A stretch of 48,115 nt of DNA from a virus (lineage: Duplodnaviria; Heunggongvirae; Uroviricota; Caudoviricetes). A model generated the notes under the pieces. That model worked only from the letters and a program-made list of their open reading frames with translations. It was not told the origin of the DNA and ran no database searches. This document shows positions 18,431-25,787 of this stretch, piece by piece; positions within the stretch are counted from its first letter, which is position 1; every line of letters begins with the position of its first letter. The DNA is taken from positions 1 to 48,115 of IMG/VR virus record IMGVR_UViG_3300010373_001364. One strand, given 5' to 3'. The translations under genes were made by a program, and so were the position numbers.

Positions 18431-19732
18431 ATGACCGACGACATCTTCCAGCAGCGTCCGGCTATCAACCCACATGAGTTCGACGGGGGTGGCACTGACG
18501 ACGAGGGCAGTGTTGATGCAATGAAGGCTCACCTGCAAGCTGGTATGCAAGCAGCGACGCCAACTCCCTCTACACCACCGCCACCTGTGCAAATGACCGG
18601 AAAGATTCCACCGCAGGTCCAGGCAGCAATGAATCAGCCACAGTTTGCCAATCATCCATTAAACCAGCCACAGACTTTCCAGCAGCAGCAACCACAGCAG
18701 CAGCAACCACAGCAGCAGCAACCACAGCAGCAGCCAATGCAATTTAGACAGGACGATGTTCAGTTGCCACAAGCCATGTCAGACGCCCAGGCAATGTATC
18801 AAAACGCCCGTAAGTTGATGGCTCAACAACAGGATCAGCAGCAGCAACCACAGCAGTTTAACCCTGCCTCCTTCAATCCTCAACAAATAGTGCAGCAGAA
18901 CAAGTACAGCGAGTTCAAAGACCCGCGTTTTGAAGAGGTCATGGACAGGTTGACTCGAAGGGCTGGAAACTTCAGCGAGATCGAGCTTCCATCCAAGGGC
19001 AAGTTCTATCTACGGGGCGAAGGTCCGTCCAATGGCATATTGCACATCCGCCCAATGACAGGTAATGAGGAGCAGATTCTCACCACGCCGCGTTATGTCA
19101 AGAAAAACCAGTCTTTGAACATGATTTTCAAGGAGTGCATTGGCGAACAGATCAACCCAGACCTGTTGTTGTCTGAGGACCGCACCTATCTGTTGATCTT
19201 CCTGCGTGGTATCAGTTACTCACCGCTTTATGATGTGGAAATCAAGTGCCCAGAGTGTACCAAGACCTTCCAGAATCAGATTCACCTGGGCGGCTTGGAC
19301 GTAAATTACTGTCCAGATGACTTCGGACCAAGTGATCTTGTGGACACCTTGCCGAACTCTGGCTTAAAGGTCCAGTATCGGCTCTCTACGGGTCGTGATG
19401 AAACCGTAATTCAAGAACACAGGGAAGACAGAATCAACAAGTGGGGTGCGGATGTTACTGATGACACCACCTTGTTCCGTTCTGCGTTGTTGATTGAAGA
19501 AATTGAGGGCATCACCAACAAGCTTATGATCCAACAGATCGTTAGCCGATTGCCAATTGGCGACATGGCTTACCTTCGTGAGCTTCTGAATGAACCGCCG
19601 TTTGGTGTCGATACGAAGATTGGTATCATTTGCCCCCATTGTTCCCATGAGTTCAAGGTTGATATGCCTATGGAACTCAGTTTTTTCTTCCCCAAGCCGA
19701 ACTTACAGAAGAAGAAAAAGCAGCAGGCGTAA
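18431..19732 (+). CDS. Baseplate hub / tail assembly chaperone, T4 gp26-like, with Gln/Pro-rich N-terminus
   Basis: IELPSKG..Y, IRPMT..EE.IL, DR.YLLI.LR.ISY, CPEC and CPHC, terminal FFFP. Confidence 0.85.
   Translation: MTDDIFQQRPAINPHEFDGGGTDDEGSVDAMKAHLQAGMQAATPTPSTPPPPVQMTGKIPPQVQAAMNQPQFANHPLNQPQTFQQQQPQQQQPQQQQPQQQPMQFRQDDVQLPQAMSDAQAMYQNARKLMAQQQDQQQQPQQFNPASFNPQQIVQQNKYSEFKDPRFEEVMDRLTRRAGNFSEIELPSKGKFYLRGEGPSNGILHIRPMTGNEEQILTTPRYVKKNQSLNMIFKECIGEQINPDLLLSEDRTYLLIFLRGISYSPLYDVEIKCPECTKTFQNQIHLGGLDVNYCPDDFGPSDLVDTLPNSGLKVQYRLSTGRDETVIQEHREDRINKWGADVTDDTTLFRSALLIEEIEGITNKLMIQQIVSRLPIGDMAYLRELLNEPPFGVDTKIGIICPHCSHEFKVDMPMELSFFFPKPNLQKKKKQQA
18680..18736 (+). repeat. Coding 15-nt tandem repeat (QQQQP), about 3.8 copies
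   Basis: cagcagcagcaacca x3 followed by cagcagcagcca. Confidence 0.9.
19681..19687 (+). promoter_or_regulatory. Putative -1 programmed ribosomal frameshift site T TTT TTC
   Basis: X XXY YYZ heptamer in register with the gp26-like frame; the -1 frame stays open to 19950. Confidence 0.75.
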
Positions 19733-19950
19733 TACCAGAAGAGAAGGCTGCGTTTGTTGCTGGAGAGAATCTCAGAGAGGAGATATTTTTCTTCATGTAT
19801 CACATGAATATCCCGAAGAGGGATGTCATGGAGTTGGAACCGGAGGAGAGGAAGTGGATGATCCACCGTTTCGTGGAACAGAAACGCAAAGAGAACGAGG
19901 AAATCGAAAGAGCTAAGGCGAAAGCCAAGTCGCAATCCAAACACAAGTAA
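19681..19950 (+). CDS. Frameshift extension of gp26-like protein (gp51-like / chaperone T domain)
   Basis: -1 frame reads FFLPQAELTEEEKAAG...ENLREEIFFFMYHMNIPKRDVMELEPEERKWMIHRFVEQKRKE; first ATG only at 19795, inside the conserved part. Confidence 0.75.
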   Translation, partial: FFLPQAELTEEEKAAGVIPEEKAAFVAGENLREEIFFFMYHMNIPKRDVMELEPEERKWMIHRFVEQKRKENEEIERAKAKAKSQSKHK

Positions 19951-19959
19951 GGAGAAGAA

Positions 19960-20190
19960 ATGTCAAAGGAAAAGAAGAAGTTGAAAGGCGTGGTGGTGTT
20001 TTACATCGACGTGGGGCAGTTACCACCCAAGAAGGCTCAAGAGTTTGTTGATAAACTCCGAGAGCAGAACAAGGAGTTCCTTGATTCTCTGCCAGAAGAT
20101 GTTGGTGAATTGTGGTTGCCTGTGCGCAATGGCAACACCAGGGTAGAGTCACTATCTTTATGTGGTTGGGGATGTCCAGAAAGCAACTAA
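19960..20190 (+). CDS. Miniature portal-protein fragment (T4 gp20 clip-region homolog)
   Basis: VFYIDVGQLPPKKAQEFV...ELWLPVRNGNTRVESL matches T4-type portal FYIDVGNLP..KAE.Y...WLPRR.G..TE..TL; aaggag RBS. Confidence 0.7.
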   Translation: MSKEKKKLKGVVVFYIDVGQLPPKKAQEFVDKLREQNKEFLDSLPEDVGELWLPVRNGNTRVESLSLCGWGCPESN

Positions 20191-20191
20191 C

Positions 20192-20350
20192 ATGACAAAC
20201 GAAAAAGACCTGGAAGACGTATTCTTCCTGCAATACCACCTTGGCTGGAGTCTTCAATCTATCAAGGCTATGAAGCCTTGGGAGAGAAGGTGGATAATCG
20301 ACAGATTCATCGAGGAAAAGAAAAGGCAAAGAGGTAAAGATGGGGAGTAA
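20192..20350 (+). CDS. Stand-alone gp51-like small protein (paralog of the frameshift extension)
   Basis: EDVFFLQYHLGWS...IKAMKPWERRWIIDRFIEEKK aligns with EEIFFFMYH...ERKWMIHRFVEQKR. Confidence 0.75.
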   Translation: MTNEKDLEDVFFLQYHLGWSLQSIKAMKPWERRWIIDRFIEEKKRQRGKDGE

Positions 20351-20720
20351 TGTTGTTCCAGCAAGGTCGCGGTGGCGGCTTGAGTCTAAGACGTTTCCAG
20401 AGCTTAGTGGATATGTCGTAACTGTTCAAGAAGATTTCTTCTCCAAGACCATTGGTCTTGTGGCACTGGACGCTATTGTCAACGGAAAGCCGGTGGTACA
20501 TGAGTGGATCGTTAAAACGCTCAATAATCCAGGCGAAGAGGTTTTTAACCTCTACCACCATGACGGCAACGGCAATCTCCTTTACAGGAAGATACTGAAG
20601 GGGCTGAAGTTAATTGGTCACAAGTGTAACCACAACTACGAGTGCGAAGGTGATGATTTGCAAGATCATGAACTGTTTTTCACCTTCGAGGAACTCCAGA
20701 CCATCGACAACATTAACTGA
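20340..20720 (+). CDS. Truncated tail tube-like protein
   Basis: RW...IGLVALD...PVVHEWI...DGNGNLL...DDLQDHELFFTFE aligns with tube 12867 RW...VDLSLYD...PIYEWM...NGCGDTL...NDLTTADITLRFD. Confidence 0.6.
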   Translation: MGSNVVPARSRWRLESKTFPELSGYVVTVQEDFFSKTIGLVALDAIVNGKPVVHEWIVKTLNNPGEEVFNLYHHDGNGNLLYRKILKGLKLIGHKCNHNYECEGDDLQDHELFFTFEELQTIDNIN

Positions 20721-20729
20721 AAGGCAAGG

Positions 20730-21239
20730 ATGGGTGATTTCCACGAAGAAGGCAAGGTCTATAAGTATTGTAAGTTACTCCGCAAGACAGACGAGGCGGT
20801 CAAGAGCCTATTCAGCGATCTTGTAGTGGTAAATGAAGAAGGTGATGCACATAAGGTTCCCTGCATATGGGCTGATTATGAGAAGACGAGAGCGTACCTT
20901 GAACAAGGGTCAAATGAATTGAATCTGGATGGCACTCTCAAAATCACCGATAAAATCAAAGCCAGGTTGCCACTAATAAGTGTTTACAGCACTGATATTA
21001 CCATGCCGGCTTCTTTGCCGGTGGTTGGCTACACTGTAAACATCAAAACCCTGTTCCAAGAGGACATGAACCAAATTCTTGAACAGATAATCTTGAAGTT
21101 TGACAACAAGAAGAACTGTAAATTGGCTGGTGTTGCCCGCAATTACAGCGATGGCGAAGTATCTCAACTCAGGGTGCTACAGTCCACATTCGGCATTACC
21201 GTGGAAGGAATTGGCGTGCCGGTGGAAACCCATGAATAA
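20730..21239 (+). CDS. Shortened paralog of the gp15-like tail terminator
   Basis: DEAVK.LF..LV, VP.IW, LP.IS.Y, EDMNQI.EQ..LKF and FGITVE shared with 8519..9496. Confidence 0.85.
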   Translation: MGDFHEEGKVYKYCKLLRKTDEAVKSLFSDLVVVNEEGDAHKVPCIWADYEKTRAYLEQGSNELNLDGTLKITDKIKARLPLISVYSTDITMPASLPVVGYTVNIKTLFQEDMNQILEQIILKFDNKKNCKLAGVARNYSDGEVSQLRVLQSTFGITVEGIGVPVETHE

Positions 21240-21243
21240 GTCC

Positions 21244-21249
21244 TAGATA
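21244..21249 (+). promoter_or_regulatory. Putative late promoter (TAGATA), leaderless
   Basis: TAGATA-4 nt-ATG at 21254. Confidence 0.6.
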
Positions 21250-21253
21250 GAGT

Positions 21254-21997
21254 ATGGGCAACTTAGTACAGAGATACCAGAATCCAGCGGTCAATGACAC
21301 GGTTCGATTGAGGCTTCTCGTCTTCAACTCCAACCAACAACAGAACTTACTTGCCATTAACACGGTAAGTATTTATTACTTTGATCCCACTTCAGTAACA
21401 GAAGATAATCCTCATGGTGCGCTTTTGGTGCAGACGGTGCCGGGCAGCAGTGTTGTGAACGATGCCCCCGGCTCCTACTATTTGGACCTACCTCTTCCGG
21501 GTCCACAATATGTCATTGGCAAGTACAAGGATGTATGGAACGTCGTCTATGAGCCTAATGCACAGGCTACCGACGTAACAAAGCGTTTCGAGATTTATCC
21601 GTCTCTCTGGTACACATCGGAAATACCGATTGTTTACGACTTCAACTTTTGTTATCAGCCATCGAGGATCGTCCAGGGTTCCCAGAAATGGCTCGTCATT
21701 GAGATCATTCCAAAGGTGCCAACTGCCTCTGCCCTGGAGTCTTACTACTACAACCTAGCCATCTCTTCCACATTGTATGTCACCATCGCCAAGAAATGCG
21801 ATCCGTGCTTGCCCCAAGAGCAAGACCTAAGAGTTGTCGTAGATCAAGCGCCGGTAGAACAAAGAGAGAAAGTTTTTGGCTATTATTGGCTTGACACTAC
21901 CGAGATGGATGGGGGTCTATACGACATTTGGTTCACGCTCTATTTCGGGGGCAACACTTACGTTTCCGAAAGGCAACAGCTTCTTCTTTGGTGTTAA
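21254..21997 (+). CDS. Probable virion structural protein (beta-rich, two repeated GxY..W domains)
   Basis: GSYY...GKYKDVW and GYYW...GLYDIWF duplicated pattern; late motif upstream. Confidence 0.55.
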   Translation: MGNLVQRYQNPAVNDTVRLRLLVFNSNQQQNLLAINTVSIYYFDPTSVTEDNPHGALLVQTVPGSSVVNDAPGSYYLDLPLPGPQYVIGKYKDVWNVVYEPNAQATDVTKRFEIYPSLWYTSEIPIVYDFNFCYQPSRIVQGSQKWLVIEIIPKVPTASALESYYYNLAISSTLYVTIAKKCDPCLPQEQDLRVVVDQAPVEQREKVFGYYWLDTTEMDGGLYDIWFTLYFGGNTYVSERQQLLLWC

Positions 21998-22090
21998 TTT
22001 TCGCATAAAACCACTGGAGAAAGCAGCGTATTATGGTATCATAGGGGTGATCTCAACTTGCCCGAAGTGGCGGCTCTGAGGTATCATGCC

Positions 22091-22582
22091 ATGATGCAAG
22101 TCATCTTTGAATTAGAGAACGATATCAATGACGTTCTCATTGAATTCGGGATGCCCGAATTCTCCCTGCTGCCCGATATTGAAGATGCCGAGGACATGGT
22201 AGACAGGGTGATTGAAGGATATCACAAGGAAGTCCGCATCCAGTCAATCTGGGGTGGCATCCGCAATCCAGCGGCGGTCTTGCAAAACAAGATTCGCCAC
22301 GAATTGACCAACTACGACAACGTAAGGGATGCACTAACAAAAGCCTTAAACCTTGGTTTAGATGAGACGATGTTTGTCGATATCCGTGAAGAGTTGGTAA
22401 ATATGTCTTATCAAATGTGCGCTGCAATCATCGAGATGCTACCAGACGTAATCACCGTGACCGATAAGGAAAGAGGTTTGATTGACATCACTAACAAGCA
22501 GCTTCACAAAGCAAACGATGGTTATTGGTACAGGGAGTTCAAGCAAGTCTCCTACGAGAAGAAGCGAATCAATGCCGCTTAG
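22091..22582 (+). CDS. Hypothetical protein
   Basis: gagg RBS; IRHELTNYD motif; helical acidic protein. Confidence 0.65.
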   Translation: MMQVIFELENDINDVLIEFGMPEFSLLPDIEDAEDMVDRVIEGYHKEVRIQSIWGGIRNPAAVLQNKIRHELTNYDNVRDALTKALNLGLDETMFVDIREELVNMSYQMCAAIIEMLPDVITVTDKERGLIDITNKQLHKANDGYWYREFKQVSYEKKRINAA

Positions 22583-22839
22583 TAGCGATCATCCTCATTG
22601 TGAAACCCGTCGTCTGGGGTGGCATCTTCTTCGTCATCCCGGCGGCGGGTTGCGTCGTTGTCCATTCCATTGAACTGCTTAGAGCTTAGCCCGCCAAAAT
22701 CGAAGTCATCACACCAGTGGGCTTCTTCTGGGTTGTCCGTCAAGTTCTGTTTGTAGTAGGCGCGGCGTCTCTTGCCGCCCTCTTTCTTTATACCGCGCTT
22801 CAGTTCGCGGTAGAACTTCTTGTCTTTGCGCTCAGCCAT
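22579..22839 (-). CDS. Small hypothetical protein (basic N-terminus, acidic C-terminus)
   Basis: ORF coupled to the upstream Zn-finger gene. Confidence 0.65.
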   Translation of the reverse strand: MAERKDKKFYRELKRGIKKEGGKRRRAYYKQNLTDNPEEAHWCDDFDFGGLSSKQFNGMDNDATRRRDDEEDATPDDGFHNEDDRY

Positions 22840-23086
22840 TGTACTTCTCTAAAGCGCCAAAAGGACCACAATGGTTACACCATTCCCCAGCCATGTTGGG
22901 GTGGTCAGGGTCTTCTCCCCAATGGTGGTTCGTAACCCTGCCGCCGCAAATATCGCAGATCAAGTGACAAATACAGGTCGGCTGGCTCTTGCCAGGTCGC
23001 ACTAGCTCCCACGGCGTACCACAAGTGGGGCAGTAGGACTCCTCTTCGTATTCCATCCAGGGGGTGTCGTCTAGTTCTTTAGCCAT
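22832..23086 (-). CDS. Small Cys-rich zinc-binding protein
   Basis: Start MAKELDD; CPTCG, CIC, CDICG and CNHCG. Confidence 0.7.
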   Translation of the reverse strand: MAKELDDTPWMEYEEESYCPTCGTPWELVRPGKSQPTCICHLICDICGGRVTNHHWGEDPDHPNMAGEWCNHCGPFGALEKYNG

Positions 23087-23092
23087 ACCCCT

Positions 23093-23121
23093 ATTATACC
23101 ATTCGTACTGAGAATTTCCAA
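23093..23121 (-). promoter_or_regulatory. Sigma70-type promoter, probably leaderless
   Basis: TTGGAA-17 nt-TATAAT with extended TG, 6 nt before the ATG at 23086. Confidence 0.6.
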
Positions 23122-23139
23122 CAAAAAAGGAGATGTGCC

Positions 23140-23145
23140 TAGATA
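23140..23145 (+). promoter_or_regulatory. Putative late promoter (TAGATA), leaderless
   Basis: TAGATA-4 nt-ATG at 23150. Confidence 0.6.
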
Positions 23146-23149
23146 TTAC

Positions 23150-23728
23150 ATGATGAGCTTCCATAAGTGGTTGGTACTCCGCGAGGGCGTCATTAAGACC
23201 CCCGTCCCACCAAAACCACAGGAACTGAGCTTCTCCTGTGGGGCTGGGGCGTTGAGGTCGGTACTCCACTATTTCAACATAAAGAAAACCGAAGAAGAAG
23301 TCAGGAAGGTAGCCAAGACCAACGAAGATGATGGCACCCGCACTCAAAACCTCATCAAGGCAGCACGGCACTTCGGCTTGGAAACCAAGGCGAAGTACAA
23401 CATGGATGAGCAAAACCTTAAGGACTGGCTAGACGAAAAGAAGCCTGTCATCATATGCTTTCAGGCGTGGGGCAACAAGAAGCAATACAAAGATAAAAAA
23501 TCAGGTCACTATGCCGTGGTAATCGGCTATGATGAAGAAAACGTCTACCTCCAAGACCCAGCTATTCACACCAAGCATCGCGGGCACATCCCCTGGAAGG
23601 AATTCATCAAGAGATGGCATGATGTGGATGCTGGCGGCGATGAACGTGACCGCTATGGAATAGCCATGTGGAAGAAGGGCGGGCGCAAGAAGAAGGAGGT
23701 CGTGAAGAGGAGCCAGAAGATCAAATAA
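23150..23728 (+). CDS. Peptidase C39-like cysteine protease with CTS-like N-terminus
   Basis: Q....SCGA..L, GT, GHYAVVIGYD...YLQDP (Q-C-H-D); N-terminal MMSFHKWLVLRE. Confidence 0.88.
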   Translation: MMSFHKWLVLREGVIKTPVPPKPQELSFSCGAGALRSVLHYFNIKKTEEEVRKVAKTNEDDGTRTQNLIKAARHFGLETKAKYNMDEQNLKDWLDEKKPVIICFQAWGNKKQYKDKKSGHYAVVIGYDEENVYLQDPAIHTKHRGHIPWKEFIKRWHDVDAGGDERDRYGIAMWKKGGRKKKEVVKRSQKIK

Positions 23729-23927
23729 GCGACTCTCCGTCGATCTGGCTCATGTTGATCTCCATGATGGTAAGCTTATCAGCAAGCTCAGGAACACCGA
23801 TGGCTTTTACATATTCTTGGGCAGACTCAAGCAATACCTGAGCATCCTCTAGGTCTTCAGAAGCCCAAACACCATCTTTAGGGTGCCTCAAAAATCGGTT
23901 GATCTCTTTGTTGTAAAGCGTGTACAT
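23721..23927 (-). CDS. Small hypothetical protein
   Basis: Starts 1 nt after the upstream stop codon. Confidence 0.6.
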   Translation of the reverse strand: MYTLYNKEINRFLRHPKDGVWASEDLEDAQVLLESAQEYVKAIGVPELADKLTIMEINMSQIDGESLI

Positions 23928-23928
23928 A

Positions 23929-24282
23929 TCACTGTTTCAAGAAGAACTTGCTAACGTCCTGCTGGACCGTAGGGTCAGCCTTTGCCAGCATAGGGTCGTT
24001 TGTTGCTAAATTGGCAACAGTCTTAGGATCAGTTCCCCCTGGAACCAGTTGGGGGTTTTTCTTCATCATAGTGGAGGTCAGGTCATTTACTGCTTTCCTT
24101 TGGGCAATCACCTTTGGATCAGTTGGAGCCATGACCTTGCTAGGTTGATTGGCGTTGCTTTGTCCTGGGGGAGTTGGAGCAGTTGCCATTTCAGTGACCC
24201 GTCTTCTCAACCACTCACGGAACATTTTCCCGCCCGGTGTCAAAGCCTCGCCCTGTAGTTCTTTTTCCCACTCTTGGTTCAT
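23929..24282 (-). CDS. Hypothetical protein with internal CTS-like motif
   Basis: ggagg RBS and TAAATA (24296-24301) upstream; MFREWLRRRVTEM. Confidence 0.65.
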   Translation of the reverse strand: MNQEWEKELQGEALTPGGKMFREWLRRRVTEMATAPTPPGQSNANQPSKVMAPTDPKVIAQRKAVNDLTSTMMKKNPQLVPGGTDPKTVANLATNDPMLAKADPTVQQDVSKFFLKQ

Positions 24283-24294
24283 AGTGCCTCCTCC

Positions 24295-24474
24295 TTATTT
24301 AGTTAACTTCTTCTTTCTTTTCGGCGACTCTGGCACTATAGCTACGCACTTGTGTTCTTCGTCACCTTGAAGAATCTCCTTGAGATTGATTTTGATCTCA
24401 ATAGGCGGTCCTTTGTAACCACTGCCATTTCTGATAGCATCCCAATCTACGACAATCTTATCCGGCAAATTCAC
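24295..24474 (-). CDS. Small hypothetical protein (59 aa, absent from ORF track)
   Basis: GTG start overlaps the nuclease TGA and follows ggagg..ag; MNLPDKIVVDWDAIRNG...KKKLTK*. Confidence 0.55.
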   Translation of the reverse strand: MNLPDKIVVDWDAIRNGSGYKGPPIEIKINLKEILQGDEEHKCVAIVPESPKRKKKLTK

Positions 24475-25220
24475 TTGTTCTCCTCCTGATCGAAGAAGTC
24501 GAGGGGCAGTTGTGGCGTTCTAGCATTATCCACCATCAAGCTAACCTCCAACCTAACCTTGGTCTTCAACTCCCTGATCTCATTCTCACCAATGACCTTG
24601 AACTTCCAGCCGCGCGACTCGCAATGACCTTCACAGGCAACCCACTTTGCCTTGTTCATCTCTAGTTGCTTCTGGTTGTCCGGTTTAACTTCCCAAACCT
24701 CATAACGACCGTCTTTGAAGGAGACAAGGAGATCAGGGAAATACCTCTTGCGGCGACCCTTCCAGTAGTATTCTACAGGGAAGCTTTCGACTTTATAGCC
24801 AGTAACTTCAGACCAGTTCTCCAGACAAATGTAAACATCGCGTTCCCAAGAGGAGCGGTAGTGCATTTGTTGATTGCCATTCTTGAGGGAATTGATGTAA
24901 CCTTCGTGGAACTTGGGCTTTTTCTTTTTGCGGCTCGGCGGCTTATGGTCGGACCAAATCAAAGCCCTCATCTGTCCAGAAGTAGGGCATTTCTCCGTTG
25001 GGTGCTTAACTTTGTAGTGGAGTTTGACATCACGAACGGGCGCTTGACATCTGGCGAGAGGGCACTTGACGTATTCCCTACCTTCTTCATGTGTGGCGAT
25101 AATGTGTTCTTTGTACTCGTAATAGGTGTCGAAAGGTACGCCGCAGACAAAGCAGACGTATTTCCTACTCCCGGCGTTTGGGTTTTCATGTACAGCCTTT
25201 GGCTCAATATCTTCGGTCAT
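24471..25220 (-). CDS. Head-completion nuclease (T4 gp4 / TnsA-N-like) with two N-terminal C2H2 zinc fingers
   Basis: YRSSWE, RYFPD, EVKP, N.AKW, GWKFKVI.E; CFVC..H....H and CPLARC..H....H. Confidence 0.85.
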   Translation of the reverse strand: MTEDIEPKAVHENPNAGSRKYVCFVCGVPFDTYYEYKEHIIATHEEGREYVKCPLARCQAPVRDVKLHYKVKHPTEKCPTSGQMRALIWSDHKPPSRKKKKPKFHEGYINSLKNGNQQMHYRSSWERDVYICLENWSEVTGYKVESFPVEYYWKGRRKRYFPDLLVSFKDGRYEVWEVKPDNQKQLEMNKAKWVACEGHCESRGWKFKVIGENEIRELKTKVRLEVSLMVDNARTPQLPLDFFDQEENK

Positions 25221-25729
25221 CTCAATTCCTCAAAATCCTTGTTCAGCTTATGCCGTCCGTCTTTGGTTCTTTGATCTCGGATGCGACGGTGGGCATCAAT
25301 GTCTCTCATCTTCTGCTCAGTTTCAGAGCCTGTTCCCTTTTTGTGGTGCCCGTGACGCTTCATTAGCAGGTGACGAGCGACATCTTTATTGACCACCTTG
25401 ATGTCATGAATGTCCTTGTAAATGAAAATCTCCTCTTTGGGTTCACCTTTCATAGCGGCACTAAGGTTGGTAGCCGAGAAGCTCATGTCCTCGTACCCAG
25501 GCTCATCCATAGGGTGCTTCATAACAGAGAAGACGGAGCGGGCGTTTTCATTTGCACCATAGATGTTGCCTCGACACATGAAGAAAAATATGAAGTCATG
25601 ACCGTCAACTAGCATCTTGGCTTTAACGAAACGGTCATCCTCTTCCTTCATCACCATCTGGGTGTTCTCCCAGGACAGGATCATCTTCAAGAAGTCGTTA
25701 CCGTCGTGTGACATCACGAAATTGGGCAT
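25217..25729 (-). CDS. Hypothetical protein
   Basis: Start MPNFVMSHD after ggag; TATATA at 25760-25765 upstream. Confidence 0.65.
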   Translation of the reverse strand: MPNFVMSHDGNDFLKMILSWENTQMVMKEEDDRFVKAKMLVDGHDFIFFFMCRGNIYGANENARSVFSVMKHPMDEPGYEDMSFSATNLSAAMKGEPKEEIFIYKDIHDIKVVNKDVARHLLMKRHGHHKKGTGSETEQKMRDIDAHRRIRDQRTKDGRHKLNKDFEELR

Positions 25730-25776
25730 AGCATCTTCTCCGAGTAAAAACCACGCAAGTATATAGTTGTTGCGCA

Positions 25777-25782
25777 TAGATA
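25777..25782 (+). promoter_or_regulatory. Putative late promoter (TAGATA), leaderless
   Basis: TAGATA-5 nt-ATG at 25788. Confidence 0.6.
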
Positions 25783-25787
25783 TCATC

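Noticed and set aside
18680-18736. Direct repeats as a possible CRISPR array
   Set aside because: Contiguous 15-nt coding repeats with no spacers, and no cas genes.
19590-19916. 108-aa ORF in the track overlapping the gp26-like end
   Set aside because: Wrong (+1) frame; the protein-like sequence with a paralog lies in the -1 frame ending at 19950.
24471-25220. TnsA-like nuclease as evidence of a Tn7 transposon
   Set aside because: No TnsB or TnsC and no terminal repeats; the YRSSWE/N.AKW pattern fits phage gp4-like nucleases.
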